From positions 21,142,001 through 21,206,000 of the forward strand of contig CP158635.1 of NCBI GenBank assembly GCA_050273025.1: a stretch of 64,000 bases of DNA, given 5' to 3'. Position numbers and translations under genes: made by a program. Position 1 is the first letter of the stretch. The number at the start of each line of letters is the position of its first letter. Shown here piece by piece: positions 1 through 13,000 of this stretch. The notes under the pieces are model-generated. The model was not told the origin of the DNA, made no database searches, and saw only the letters and a list, made by a program, of their open reading frames with translations. The stretch comes from Cenococcum geophilum. Lineage: Eukaryota.

Positions 1-3000
1 CTACCCTATTATCCTTAAAATAAACTAGCTTAAATAATATAACCCTACTATTAACTAGAAGAAGAAAGAAGTAACCTTTAACTCTAAATACTGTAGAGAG
101 ACTTACCTAGGGCATAGCCTAGCCGCCTCTATTTACTTCTTAGAATATTAACCTATGGAACCCCTTATTATTCTACCTATAACTAACTACCACTATATAA
201 GTGCCCTAGCCTTCTACTGTATAGTATATAGGAAAGATTAAACCGTTGCCGTAGCTTCCTAATTACGACTATATAAGCTTAATAAAGAATAGGACTATAT
301 CCTCTATAGTAATAGAATAGATATAATTAACCTTTTAAAAGACGACGCCCCTATAAAACTCTATAGACTTTTACCTTTAGACTTTAAGAAGTTTATAAAG
401 CTTAAAAAAGGACTTACCAACGAAGAACTCCGCAAGCTCCTCCTTAAGAGGTACTATAACTTTACTAATATATGCTTATAAAAGGGCGCAGATATACTCC
501 CCCAATATTAACCTAATAACTATACCATTAATATTAAATAAGGAAAAATACTACCTTATAAGAGACCCTACCTAATATTAAAAGATAAACTTCTAGTTAT
601 AAAAAAGTATATTAACGAGCACCTTAATAAAGGATTTATTCGTCCTAGCATATTACTAGCAGCCGCCCCTATCCTTCTCGCTAAGAAACTAGGAGAAGGT
701 ATTTAATTCTACGTTAACTATAGAGGACTTAACGCTATTATAATTAAAAACTAATACCTAGTACCGCTTATACATAAGACCCTTAAGCGGCTTAGTTAAG
801 CTAAAATCTATACTAAGCTTAATATTATTGCCGCCTTTAACTATCTCTAAATACGGAAAGGTAACGAATAAAAAACTATATTCGCATTGCGCTTTAGCCA
901 ATTAAAATATACTATTATGCCCTTTAGCGTATATAACGGCCCAGGCACCTTCTAAAGCTATATTAATAACGCCTTATAAGACTACCTTAACGACTTCTGC
1001 TATGCGTACCTAAATAATATACTTATTTATAGTAATAACTCTTTTAAGCATACTAAATACGTTTAAAAGGTCCTATAGCGCCTTAGGGATATAGGACTTT
1101 ATATTAATTTAAAGAAAAACAAATTTTTAGTTATAGAAGTAAAATACCTTAAACTAATTATTACTACTAAGGGTATCTATATACACCCCAAAAAAGTACG
1201 TATAATTACTAAATAGCAAGCCCCTAACTGTATTAAGGATATATAAGCCTTTCTTAATTTTGCTAACTTCTATTAGAAATTTATATATAACTTCTTAGGC
1301 GTAGTAGTACTACTTATAGTAATAATGCAAACGAAGGGCCTTTCTATAAAAGGAAGAAAAATACACCTACGCTTTACCTAGACGCCTAAATATAAGAAGA
1401 CGTTCTAAGACCTTAAAAACGCCTTTACTAAAGCACCTATCCTAGCTTACTTTACACTAGGATAACAACTCTATCTTAAAACCAACTCCTTAGACCACGT
1501 TAACGCAGACATCCCTTTCTAGATAGGCGATAACGGTCTCCTTTACCTAGTTATATTCTATTCGTCAAAACTTATACTATAAGAGTATAACTATAAAATC
1601 TATAATAAAGAACTCCTTATAATTATATAAGCGTTTAAAGAATTTTAACTAGAACTCTCCTTAGTAGAACCTAACTAGCTAACTAAAGTCCTTACGGACT
1701 ATCGCAACCTTAAGTACTTTATAACTATAAAGTAGCTAAACTAACGCTAGGCACGTAAGAACAAGTTCCTCTTTAGTTTTAACTTTAAAATTATATATAG
1801 ACTAGGAGTATAAGGTACTAAACCTAATAGCCTAATACGCCGCTTATAAGACCTTCCTTAGTCTAAAGATAACCCCTATAATTAGTTCCAACAATAGACA
1901 ATCCTAAAAGCATAAAATTTGGCCCTAGGCATACCACCTACAATAGAGCCAACTATACCTTAGCTTTATACCACAGAACTAGAGTTACCTCCTAAAATTA
2001 ATAAGCTTATTACTACGGCATATAATACTTCTATTAACCCATTACTATATTAACTTATCGCCGTAAAGACCGCTAGCGCCTATACGCTACCTACTAACCT
2101 TTAAAGCTTAGGCTAGATTATTATAGCAGCCTTAGAAGTAAAAGAGAATAGGCTCTATTATAGAGGCCGCCTATTTATCCCTAACTTAGAAAATCTATAA
2201 CGGCAACTAATCTAAATGGCCCACGACCTCTAATTAAGTGGCTACCTAGGCAAAGGAGGAACCTACAAGCTCCTTAGCCGATATTACTTCTAGCTAAAAA
2301 TAATAGACTTAGTTAAACGCTTTATAGGCGCCTACTACGGTTATAAGCGCGCTAAGGCCTTTAATATAAAGTACTAAGGACTATTATACCCTCTACTAGT
2401 ACCTATACGACGATAGGCAGATATCGCTATAGATTTCGTTATTAACCTACCACCCTATAAACGACACGGCCGTAACTATAAGAATATCCTTATAATAATA
2501 TACCGACTTATAAAAGAGCGCTACTACGTCCTAACTAAAGGCGTAGCCATTAGCGATGTTACTAACGCCTTCTTTTATAAAGTTTACTAACTATATAGGT
2601 TACCTAACTTAATTACATCTAACTAAGGCATATAATTTAACTCTAATATATAGAGACAAATCTGCTAACGCCTTAGTATCTCTGTTAAGATATCTATATC
2701 CTTTTATTATAAAACTGCTAGGTAACCGGAAAACGCTAATATCAGCATAAAAGTGTACCTACAATAGGTAGTCGCCTATAGTTAAAATAACTAGGTAGAT
2801 TACCTCCTACTAGGTAAATTTATAGCGAATAATTACGTCTTAACTACTACAGGACTTACCCCGTTCTTCGCGAATAAGGGTTATTACCCCTAATCCGGTA
2901 TAGAGCCACCAGAACCTATTAATAAGAAACTACTATATAGAAAACGCCTTAAGATGCTACTTGCCGACTAGCATACAGACTATATAAAAAATCTACTCGA

Positions 3001-3603
3001 CTATTATAAGGGGGAAATGGCCTGGGCTTAAGTAAAGTAGGCCTACTTCGCTAACTATTATAGAACGCCACTACCGGAGATACGTGTTAGCGACTGGGTA
3101 TAGCTAGATATACGTAATATCTCTATATAGAGGCCTATAAAGTTACTTAATTATAAGAACCTTAGCTCCTATTTAATTAAATAAGTTATTAATAGGGGAG
3201 CCGTATATAAGCTAGAACTCCCGCTTACCCTAGCTACCCGCGGGATATAGCCTATATTTTACATATAGCTACTACACCTCTATTAGCCTAACCCCTTACT
3301 AGGGCAGATATAGCTTAAACCCCTACTAGTACTAATTTAAGATAAGAATAAAGATAATAACTATAAGGAGTAGACTATTAAACAAATTATTAACTCTAAA
3401 TACTTTAGCAAAGGTAGAGGACGACGGCTTTACTACAGAGCTATATACATAGGATTCGATATAAATTAGCCAGAATGGCAACTATAGGAAGACTTTAAAA
3501 ATGCAAAGGATTTAATTAGCGACTTTTACTACGCAAACCTATAGAAACTGGGCCTAAGCAGAGATTTTATACTTAATCCTCTATAGGAGCCCTTATAGAG
3601 TTA
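1..3603 (+). pseudogene. pol: Gypsy pol relic (RT, RNase H, integrase, chromodomain)
   Basis: Degenerate motifs: AAPILL-KK-GEG-FYVNYRGLN (~661-735), MPF (~917), YL(D)(D)ILIYS (~1007-1033), RNase H ETDSSD-like (~1480), integrase H..GHPG (~2221-2250), chromodomain-like end (~3370-3540); many RIP stops. Confidence 0.9.
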
Positions 3604-3891
3604 AACCGCTATACATTGCCATGTAAGGGCAAATTGCCGTTAAATTGCCATTAGATTGCGGTAAAGTGCGATTATATAACTGGAATATCGTTAAGATATC
3701 TAGGAACTTTAACCGGCGGTTAAAGTTATCTAATTAGTTGGATTTTTAGATGCCAAGCCTTATTATATAATATTATTTTAAGCCTTTAACAATACCCCCC
3801 TTTCTTCTTTTCTATACCTTAAGTGTTCCTTTTATATATATATAGTAACCATAGCGTCGCCGGAGCTCTACCTTTATAGGAAGGGGGGTAG

Positions 3892-4084
3892 TGTTACGGA
3901 ACCCCACCGTAGGGGCCTCTATAGGAGAACCCCGTGCTCTTGCGTACACCTTATATATAGCTTATATCAGCTACGCGTAGGTATATCACTTCCTTACGCC
4001 CTCGACCCTTACGATTGATCGCGTAACGTCTTATAGACTCCTTAAATACATACGCTCTATGGCCACTGCCCCCGTCCTATAATA
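3892..4084 (+). repeat. 3' LTR of Gypsy element
   Basis: TGTTACGG...ATAATA (RIP of ..ACA); homologous in reverse complement to the LTR at 62364-62568. Confidence 0.85.
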
Positions 4085-5375
4085 TAGTAAAACGTTTCTC
4101 TATTACTACCTTTACCACTACTACCGCTTACGCGGTAAGGTTGTTCTTTATATAGCTTCTTTTAGTATTACGGCCCTCCTACTACTTAGTAACCGTACTA
4201 CCTACTCCTGTTTTTAGATACCTATTAATCTATATAAAGAGTCTACTTGTAATATCTCTAAAAGATTAAATCTAGCCAAGCTTCTACGCCGTACCTCTTT
4301 ACTTATTTAGGATAAGGTGCTAATACAGCACCGCTACTACTTTAAAGCTGTATACTATATACTTATAGACATCTATTCTAATAACTCTACCTTTAGTGGG
4401 CTCCCTACTATTTTAGGCGGTAACTTTACTTAGATACTACCTGTCGTCCTATAGGGAAACCGCGTAGCTATTATAGGTGCTTACCTATAGCGGTTATTCC
4501 TCTAGTCTACCTTCTATATTCTTTCCTTACGGTTAAATATACGTATCTACTAGGGCGAGATAAACTAGCAGTTTGCCGCTTAGGTGCGAAGCTTATCCTA
4601 TAATATATCCCTAGCTAATAGGGTTAGTATTCTACCTATTATAGCCTAGTTCCGGTCCTAGGAATCCTTTTACGGGTATATATACCCTCTATATCTACTT
4701 ACGCGGGTATACTATAACCTAAATGCCTTTCGCGATCGCGCTATCCTAACTATTTATAATAATTCTGTAGCTAAGATTAATAAGGCTATCCTTACGCGGC
4801 TCTGCGGCTTCCTAAGCACCTTTTATTTTACGGACTCTATAGAGTAAAATAGAGAAGAAAATTATATAGAACTGCCGCCGGTGGAGCTCCTATAGACATT
4901 TAACCCTAATAACCTACCTCTGTTAAAGCTTTCCCTAAAGGTAAGGGCGCCTATAATTCTTTTACGGAACCTCTACCCTAAGGAAGGGCTCTATAACGGC
5001 ACCCATATGGTTATTACACGCCTAGGCTAGCGCTATATTAAAGCTTAGATGCTTCGCGGCAGCTTTTACAGGTAGCTGCGGCTAATCCCTTATATTAAGC
5101 TTACCTCTATAGAGGGAGAACTACCGTTTATTATTAGTAGAAGGTAGTTTCTAATCCGGCTGTGCTTTACTATAACCGTAAATAAATCGCAAGGGCAGTC
5201 TTTTAACTTTATTAGGCTTAATTTGCGTATACCAGTCTTTACGTATAGGTGGCTATATATTACACTATTAAGAGTAACAGATATATATAGGCTTTTACTA
5301 TTACTATCATAGGATAGGGATAGCACAACCGTTAATATTATATATCTAAAGGTTTTACTAGCCGTTACGGGCTAA
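4085..5375 (+). pseudogene. Helitron PIF1-like helicase, C-terminal part (Helitron copy 1)
   Basis: Starts inside Walker A (GKTFLY); WDE-like, LGGDF-Q-LP, LKVGAP-ILLRNL-P-EGL-NGT, RRQFP-RL-F--TVNKSQGQS and NI-YPEVL motifs; colinear with 36556-37830. Confidence 0.93.
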
Positions 5376-5439
5376 GACGTGGGGGGATAGTATGGCAGCA
5401 GTAGTGGTAGTAGGGTAGTAGTAGGGTAGTAGTATGGTA

Positions 5440-5645
5440 GACTAAGTTTAGAAGGCCAAAAGCCCGCTATAGGCGCGAGAATTCCGTTAAATTTCTTTAA
5501 GGAACCAAATTACTAGCTATAACCTAGTAATTTAGAAATTTTCCTTAGAAAATTTAATGGAATTCTCGTCTAATATATATTGAATTTGGGTTAAACCTAA
5601 GAGTTATATTAGTTAAAAATTGGTCTGGATTACCTAATAAGGGAC
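5440..5645 (+). repeat. Helitron junction module with ~93-nt hairpin (5476-5568) followed by CTAA|T
   Basis: CGAGAATTCCGTTAAATT pairs with AATTTAATGGAATTCTCG; inner stem AAATTACTAG/CTAGTAATTT; module recurs at ~42435-42635 and ~54640-54835. Confidence 0.85.
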
Positions 5646-5929
5646 GTGCTTCCTTATGTGCTATCCTATTAAATTTACCTTTTTTCTACCCCCTACAACT
5701 CTCCATCTTCCCCTCTATTCATTATACTTTATCTACCTACTACCTAAATACCTTCTAATTGTATACTTTACTCTACCTATACATGCTATTACTTTTTTAC
5801 TAAGTTTATAATAAAACGCCTTAGAGCTCTATATAAGACCTATAACCCTTATAAAGTTAATACTCTTGTTTTACTCTTTTTCCTATTATTACCTCTCTAA
5901 CTCTATATAGGAGAAAAAAAGGGGATAAG

Positions 5930-7208
5930 TATAGTCCTAATAACCTTTAGCGGACCTTCCGTAGCCTATAAACTAAACTACAGCCGCTACTACTTCCGTT
6001 ACTACCACCGCTCCCCTTATACCACCCGTATTAATTTAGCCGCGACCTACTATAGTCCGTCCTATTGCGGGCTAGTTAAATATTAGGCCTATTACTACGG
6101 TCCGCCCTATTACAAAGTAGCTAGATTATAGTCCTATTACTATAGTCCGCTATATTATAGAGCAGCTAGATATTAGTCTTATAATTATTACCTATAACTT
6201 CTACGCTACCCTATATTAGATTAATAAATATATTAATATATTACCGCCCAGCAATCCTTAATTTAAAGTCTGCTGTAAGTATAATAATATAAACCTCCCT
6301 CTATTCTAGCCTCCATTAAAATATCTACGCGATCTTTTAAAGTCCTATAGTACTTTTACTAGGCAGTTTAGGGAGCGGCTCCGCGCATATAATATAGCAT
6401 TGGCTTTTACGTCCGTAAACTATACCGTTACTAACTATAGTATAGCCCATAGCGGCCTAAATTGCTTTTAGATATATAGTGAGCTTTATTATCTATAGGG
6501 CCCGCTAAAGCCTCCTACTAATACTACTCCGCGGTATGCCTAGCTATACTTTTACAACCCTAGTTATGCTATAGATGTCTAGCTATAGGCCTGTCCTAAT
6601 ACTTAGCTAGATATAACTATTCTATAGTGCCTTACTACTATACTATCTAAGGAATAGAACCCTTTTATCGCCCTCTATTAAACCGTAAGGGAACGGCTTT
6701 AGGTTTAGCCTATAACAGCCCTATTACGGATTATCTTAAACCTATAAATACGGCTTATCTTAAAGGCTAGTGCTAATTAGCGCTGTAAGAACCTCTTAAT
6801 AAGTAATAAGGCGGCCGTTATTATACTAGATAAGTATAGTAATACTAGCTTCCGCAATATTATACTTATGGAGCGTTATATGCCTAATAAGCAGCTGCGG
6901 TACTACCGTATTAACTTAACGCATACCGTATATATGCCGCTCCACTACGTACTACTATTCTATCGCGGCGATACTAGCTAGCACTAGGGTCTTTAGCTAT
7001 GTAACTCTAATTAAGCCTATTAGCGAGACCATTTAACCTAGCGGGTATACTTTTAGTTCTACCTACACATCTATAGCAACTCTAGGTTAGTCCCTTTTAC
7101 CTATTACTAGCTATTTTAGTAGTATATTATTAATGCATAGGCGCTATATAATTAGAATAAGCTTACCTAGATCCGCTCTAACTAAATAACCCTCTATGTG
7201 GAGCTGTA
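5930..7208 (+). pseudogene. Helitron Rep/helicase, N-terminal part
   Basis: IR-YNIAL-FTSV, FQI-GEL----GPL--P, YAQLYF-DP, Y-PLHYVLLF-RG--GW motifs; colinear with 55125-56448. Confidence 0.88.
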
Positions 7209-7549
7209 AGAGTATATTATAAAAAAGGTGCATAGAGGCGAAAAAATCGATTAATTTTTCTAAGTTATTTTGCGTGTAGTTTCAATCACGCCTATATATA
7301 TAATTAGTTTTACCGTAAAATAACTTAGAAAAAATAAGCGACTTAGACGGCAAGGGCAGAACTTAAGGCGCACTCACTAATACTAAAATGTCACTAGTCT
7401 CCGCCTAAGAAAACGCCACTTTTTTTTAACCAATTAGCTATCTACCGACCTTAAGTTTATCCTGCCGTCTGAGGGCCTTTGGTGCGGAACTCTATAGCGC
7501 TTAACTTTAATTTTCGCAATTTTATATAAGAGACACTTTTACCTATATA

Positions 7550-10088
7550 TTTAACTCCCTAATAACGCCTATTTAACCTAATAAGCTAACAAGTTAAGTC
7601 AGACTAATCTCCTCTATAATCGATTACTTTTTTATAATAGGAACACTACTTCCTTATAAGTTATGCGCTTCTAGTATTTGGATAAACACCAACGCGTCCT
7701 TATCCTCCCCACTCTCCAATATCGACTCCCTTTCCCCCTTAACACCGTTCTCTATATCTCGGTCGTCTTAAAGGCAAGTAACTGCACCCCCTACTAGTTA
7801 TTAAAGGCGAATTAAACAACGGCGGAGCCCTCTTTCTTAGCGCTAAAAGCTATGGGTGATATAAATACTATAGTAGCGAAACAACTTTAATATTAGGAAA
7901 TTCCTTAAGGCATAGGTTACAGAGGATATTAATAGTAAATTAGGTGGCCTCTATATTAGTTAGTAGATTTTATTATTACGTTCTACTTTAGAACAAGTAA
8001 AGGTTTATACAGCCCTTTAATTAACTAGTTACGTGTTAGTAGAGGATATTTCCTTAACAGAACTTATCCAAGAACTTAATACACTACTTAGGCAGCCATA
8101 TTTTAACAAGTTTAACCACTTTACCTCTATAGAGAAGGTTAACTTCTTTTAAGTATTAAAAAAAATTAAATTAACTACTCCTACATAGACTGCTCTACTT
8201 AAAAAGCTTATAAATAATTAACGCTAGGGCTAGAGTAGTTATAAAGGGTTAGGCAATTCTAAGATAGTCCAGCAGTAGTTATATTTAATTACTTCTATTA
8301 TCTATAGGAGTCATACACGGTATACTACTAACCTCTTTATAAAAATATTAGGAATCTACCTACTTAGAAGTGGTGTCAAGCGTTAAGTTATTAAGGTATT
8401 AGCTAGGCTAGGTCTCTATAATAGTTATAAATATATTAATTAACACCTTATAGATATTACTAATAATGTAAAGGAAAGTTTAACCCCCTAGTCTATATTT
8501 TATATAGCTAACTAATAAAAAGAATAAGCTACCAAGCCTTATAGTTAATCCTTAAGCGCTACTAGTCTATAATAACTTTAATTTTAAGGATGATATTAAA
8601 GATTAAGTGCTTAGGTCTTCCGGAATAAGAATGTGTAATATAACCACTACACTTCTTATCCTTTGCCCTAAGATTCCAACTACTAGCCTTAAGCAGTTAA
8701 TGTTTAACCCGTTATAACCGCTTCTTTTTAATAATATTATCTTATCTCTAGGTCTTTAACGGGACCATATCTTATAGTAGTTATTAATATACTTTATTAC
8801 AACTGCTATCCGTAAGCTTTATTTATAGGCAGTTAAATATATTTTTAGTAGTAAGCTAGGTCTTTTTTCTATAGTACTAAAGCTTAACCTGCTATCTCCT
8901 TAAAAAACTGCTCTATAATAGCTAGGTACGATCTTTTACAATAAAGGTACAATTAAAGGTATATATGGTGTTTATTAGGATATCTAGATCTACAAACTTA
9001 GCCTTAAAGAGGATAATAAGTCGGGCCATTTTACCTAGGGCGATTAAAAAACCATTTAATATATTAAAAGCGTTAAAACCGAGCAGTCTCTTACTAGTTA
9101 AGCTTTTAACCGTTAGGACTAGTTACTTAGGCCACCTATATTCTTTTATATCCTTTAAAGTTTCCTCTATCTTATAGTTCGCACTTACTAAAAGAGTCCT
9201 CCTAGCACTTACTTAAAGGCCACGCTCCTTTATAATATTAGCTACTGGGACTAGTATAAAATCTTATAAGAAAATGCTAAATTCCATTTTATTAAGCCAT
9301 TAATTACACAAAGCTAGATAGCTTAAGTAGTTGCACTCTAGTACAATATACTTAGCACTAAGGGGTGGTTTTAAGGGGTTAATAGCAAGGAAAATAATAG
9401 GAAAGAGTCCTATAATAATACTATTATGCAGCTAACTCTATTTTAATTTCTTAAGTTAATTAAGCGTATATAACAATGAGTATTTACCTACTCCGCTTAA
9501 ACCGGTTAAGGGCATAATAATAAGGAGTTTTTTTAGTATATATTAGTATCTCTAATAGGTTAAAGCTTTTATGGTTCTACGGCATGCTATCCGTTATAGC
9601 AATATTAGTCTAATCCGCTAATTTATTAATCCACTCTCTATCTAGTTCTATAGGGCTAAGCAGTTGCGGTATAAGTACGAGATATTTTATCTTTAATAGC
9701 TTTTTATAGATCGGATTATAACTACTAAGCTTTAATAATTAATTCTTGCGTTAAGTTTAGTAAATCTAGCAGGTTAATCAAATACCTTTAAAGCAATTAA
9801 TCTTGCTCTAAAGCATATTAACTACTACTATACCATTAATATAAAGCTACATAAGAACTCCACTCATAATATTAAAAAAACATTTAGATGGGTTGCGCTC
9901 ACTAGTTTATATATTTCTTAACTACGTGCTATACTAGAGACTTTATTTAGTTAAAAAGCCGATTCTAAATATAGTAAAAAGTTAGCACTTGCTAATATAT
10001 TTAGTCTTATATACTATCTCTAGGCTAAGGGTTATACATATATCCAAGTAGTTAATAGTAATTATAATGGTTAATTTAAGTCTATTAA
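7550..10088 (+). pseudogene. DUF6589-type (Academ-like) transposase relic; continues ~16294-16460 after the Copia insertion
   Basis: VY(D)NFNFKD (~8565), GD(Q)KT (~9038), HAIRY(G)(D)I(G)LI (~9583), NLAG--NTF(E)AI(D)LAL(E)HIN (~9763-9822); start approximate. Confidence 0.72.
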
Positions 10089-13000
10089 TGTTTGTATCAA
10101 TTTAATAATACAATTAAGTCATATCCCGGGGCACGAAATACATATAGTATTGTATGCTCTTTAGGATGGTAGTGACTGTCTCTTATATTAAAGCAGACTA
10201 CGTAGTCTATATACTGATGCGACCTCCCCCTAATTAGTTAGTACTTTAAGAGTGCACTAAACACGTAAGTAGGTGGTTAGTACACCGAACGCGTAAACGC
10301 GTAGTTGGTGTACCGAACGCATAAGCACGCGTTCGGTACAATAGGTGCTGTAATTATACACTGGCGGTACTTAAAAAATAAAACCACCTATATATAGCCT
10401 CCGTAATTGTTTTAATAGAACTATAAAATACAAAAGAAATATATAGGAAATCCCTCCTAAGGTGCCTTCTGGGTTGCCTTCTAAATGGTGCTCTAATCTA
10501 GCTGTAAGTCCTGCTTACGGTCCGTAAAATAAACTGTATAGCCTTTTAACGGGCCGTAAATGTACCATACGGCCTTCTGACGGGCCGTAACTAAACCGTA
10601 AATGCTCCGTTAGTCTCGCTCTACCCATTTTATAACCTTTAGGTTAAGCTTATTTGTGTTAATTAGGGTTTTAAAAGCTTAACACAGCTTTGCCTTAGTT
10701 ATAGCGTCTACTAGGTTGTCTCCGCTGCTAATCCATTTAACCTCTATAATCTCGCGTTGTTTATAGGCCTGACGCAAGCACATTAGGTTAACTATAAGCC
10801 TCTTCTCCTATGTTGTACCTAGTTTAACTAGGCAGTTGTAGAGGGACTTTAAATTAGTGCATAAAACTAGGGGTAGCTGCTCCAATTATAGGATCTTCTA
10901 AATCGTTGATTTGATTATGGCTGCTATATTAAAGCTATAGGCTAGTGTATATAGTTTAGAAGCTAGTACACTACGGGTTACTTGCTTGCATTTAATTGAA
11001 GACCAATACAGTATATTTGCGTCTTAATTATAGTCTATAAGTATAATTATAAAGCCGATTTGCGATAATAGGTCCCTATTATTGGTGAAGGAGGCGTCTA
11101 TAAATACCATTACGCTAATAGAATTTAGGTCTAGTGGTACAAAAGTAAGTCCTCTTATTGTATTATTAATCTGCCATTAAATGCGCTTATTAAGCTGCTT
11201 AACATTTTCTTCTTATAGGTCTACTGCCTGGGCCGTAAAGGACAAGTTATAGGCAGATTTGGGTTAGTAGACTGTAGTAATATAGGCGCCTCTTACACGC
11301 TGTGCAGCATATTAGTCCTTTATATTTATGGTCTTATAGGTCTCTCTACGGGAACTGGTAAGGTCCGTAGGCTTTGCTATAATAAGCTTTAGGTTTTAAG
11401 CTTGGCGTTCCTGGGTTAGCTGAATTAAGTTGCCCTTTTGTGTAATTAAGCCTCCGTTAAACTTAATTAGAGTCTGCTTAGTTAACTGCTCTTATAGCTT
11501 TGCTAGGAACTTAGCTTCTTATAGTTTAGTCTCTTTAGCGTCCGCAAATGTCCGGTCTGCTAAGAAGAGGGTATTGTTTGTTTGGAGTCTAATAATACTA
11601 AGGCCGTTTAATAGGGTATATAGGAGGTAAGGGTTATAGGTCAACTACTCCATTTTAAGTTTACGGACATAGTGCTGGTGGTATGTCTTAAATCAATGGT
11701 TTCTAGCTTCTGGCACTCCATAGAGTGGTTTTATAACCCGTAAAATTGTTCCTAGTTACAAATTAAGCTCCAGCGGTGGTTATATAAAGATATCCCTACT
11801 TAGGTAGGTATTAGATTGTACGTAGGCTTATAAGATGTCCCGTAGGTAAAAAGCTATAGGTTTATTTTACTATAGGCTGGGCATAAGTGCAAGTATAATT
11901 CGTTAGCTAACTTATTAGATTATAGGCGATTGCATAAGGACTAAGTCCTTTCCCTGGTCGTTATAAGCTTGTATAATAAGCCTTAACTTTTTAAAGGCTT
12001 TGTTAGTATTAGGGTGCTTAATTTTGTTAATAAAGCGCGAGTTAAATATACGGACGCCTTATGGAATGTCTCTCTCCGTTATAACCGCAAAGACACCCTT
12101 TTTAAGTAGTCCATTAATCTCTTTACGTTATAAGTCCGTAAAAGGGGTTTCCTATACTAGAATTAATATATCTATAGGCGGAGATTACCTTATAGATATA
12201 CCTACAGAGGTTAAGTAATTTTCCGTTACAGGGTTCTTACAGGGGCGTCCTTAGCCACGCTTTATAGTAGGTTTAGTAGGTTCAGTGGGTTTCTAGGGGA
12301 CCTTTGGGGTAGGCAAAGGTGCTTCCAGTTTATTTGATTTGGCGGGTGTTTCTAGTTTACCTAATTCGGTGGGTGCTTTTGGTTTGTCTGGCTTGGCGGG
12401 TGCTTCTAGTTCGTCTGGCTTGACGTTATAGGTGTTTTTGGACCAAAAATAGGGTTTTACAGACGTGCTTCTAAAGCTTATCAATCCACTAGGGAGCTGT
12501 ATATAGCAGGTCTTGTCTTCTATAGCCAGTAGACGGTAAGGTCTAGTTTAATTACTGCTTTTATGCCACATAAGGACTTTAGAATTAAGCGGGAGGTTGT
12601 GTACTAAGGTCATATTAGGTCCGTTGCGGTGGTATAGGGCGTTATTGACAGTTTATTTGGCCCGTAATTTGACTATTTCAACCATTGCCTTCCGTATTAC
12701 AGCTGCTTGATCTGTAACGGACGGGGTAGGAGGGTCCAGTTTGCTTATCCTTGGGTAGGCTCTATAGACTAAGAGGGTAGGTACTAGTCCGTCAGGGCCA
12801 GTAGTGTTATTAACGGCTTTTACGGCCATCTATAAAGCCAGTTCTTTTTAGATGTTCTTACACTCATCTATAATAATCTAGTAAGCTCTCCGTAGAGCTA
12901 GGTAAGCTTACTTAATAAGCCCAACAGACTAATACGCCTTAACTAGAATGGCTTTTATTAAAATAGCCATGGCCGTAGCATACTGTTAGAATTCCTTACT

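Larger units (their letters stand above)
1..4084 (+). mobile_element. Ty3/Gypsy (chromovirus) LTR retrotransposon, RIP-degenerate, 5' part outside window
   Basis: Domain order RT-RNaseH-integrase-chromodomain; polypurine tract AGGAAGGGGGGTAG immediately before the 3' LTR at 3892; Helitron helicase resumes at 4085. Confidence 0.93.
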
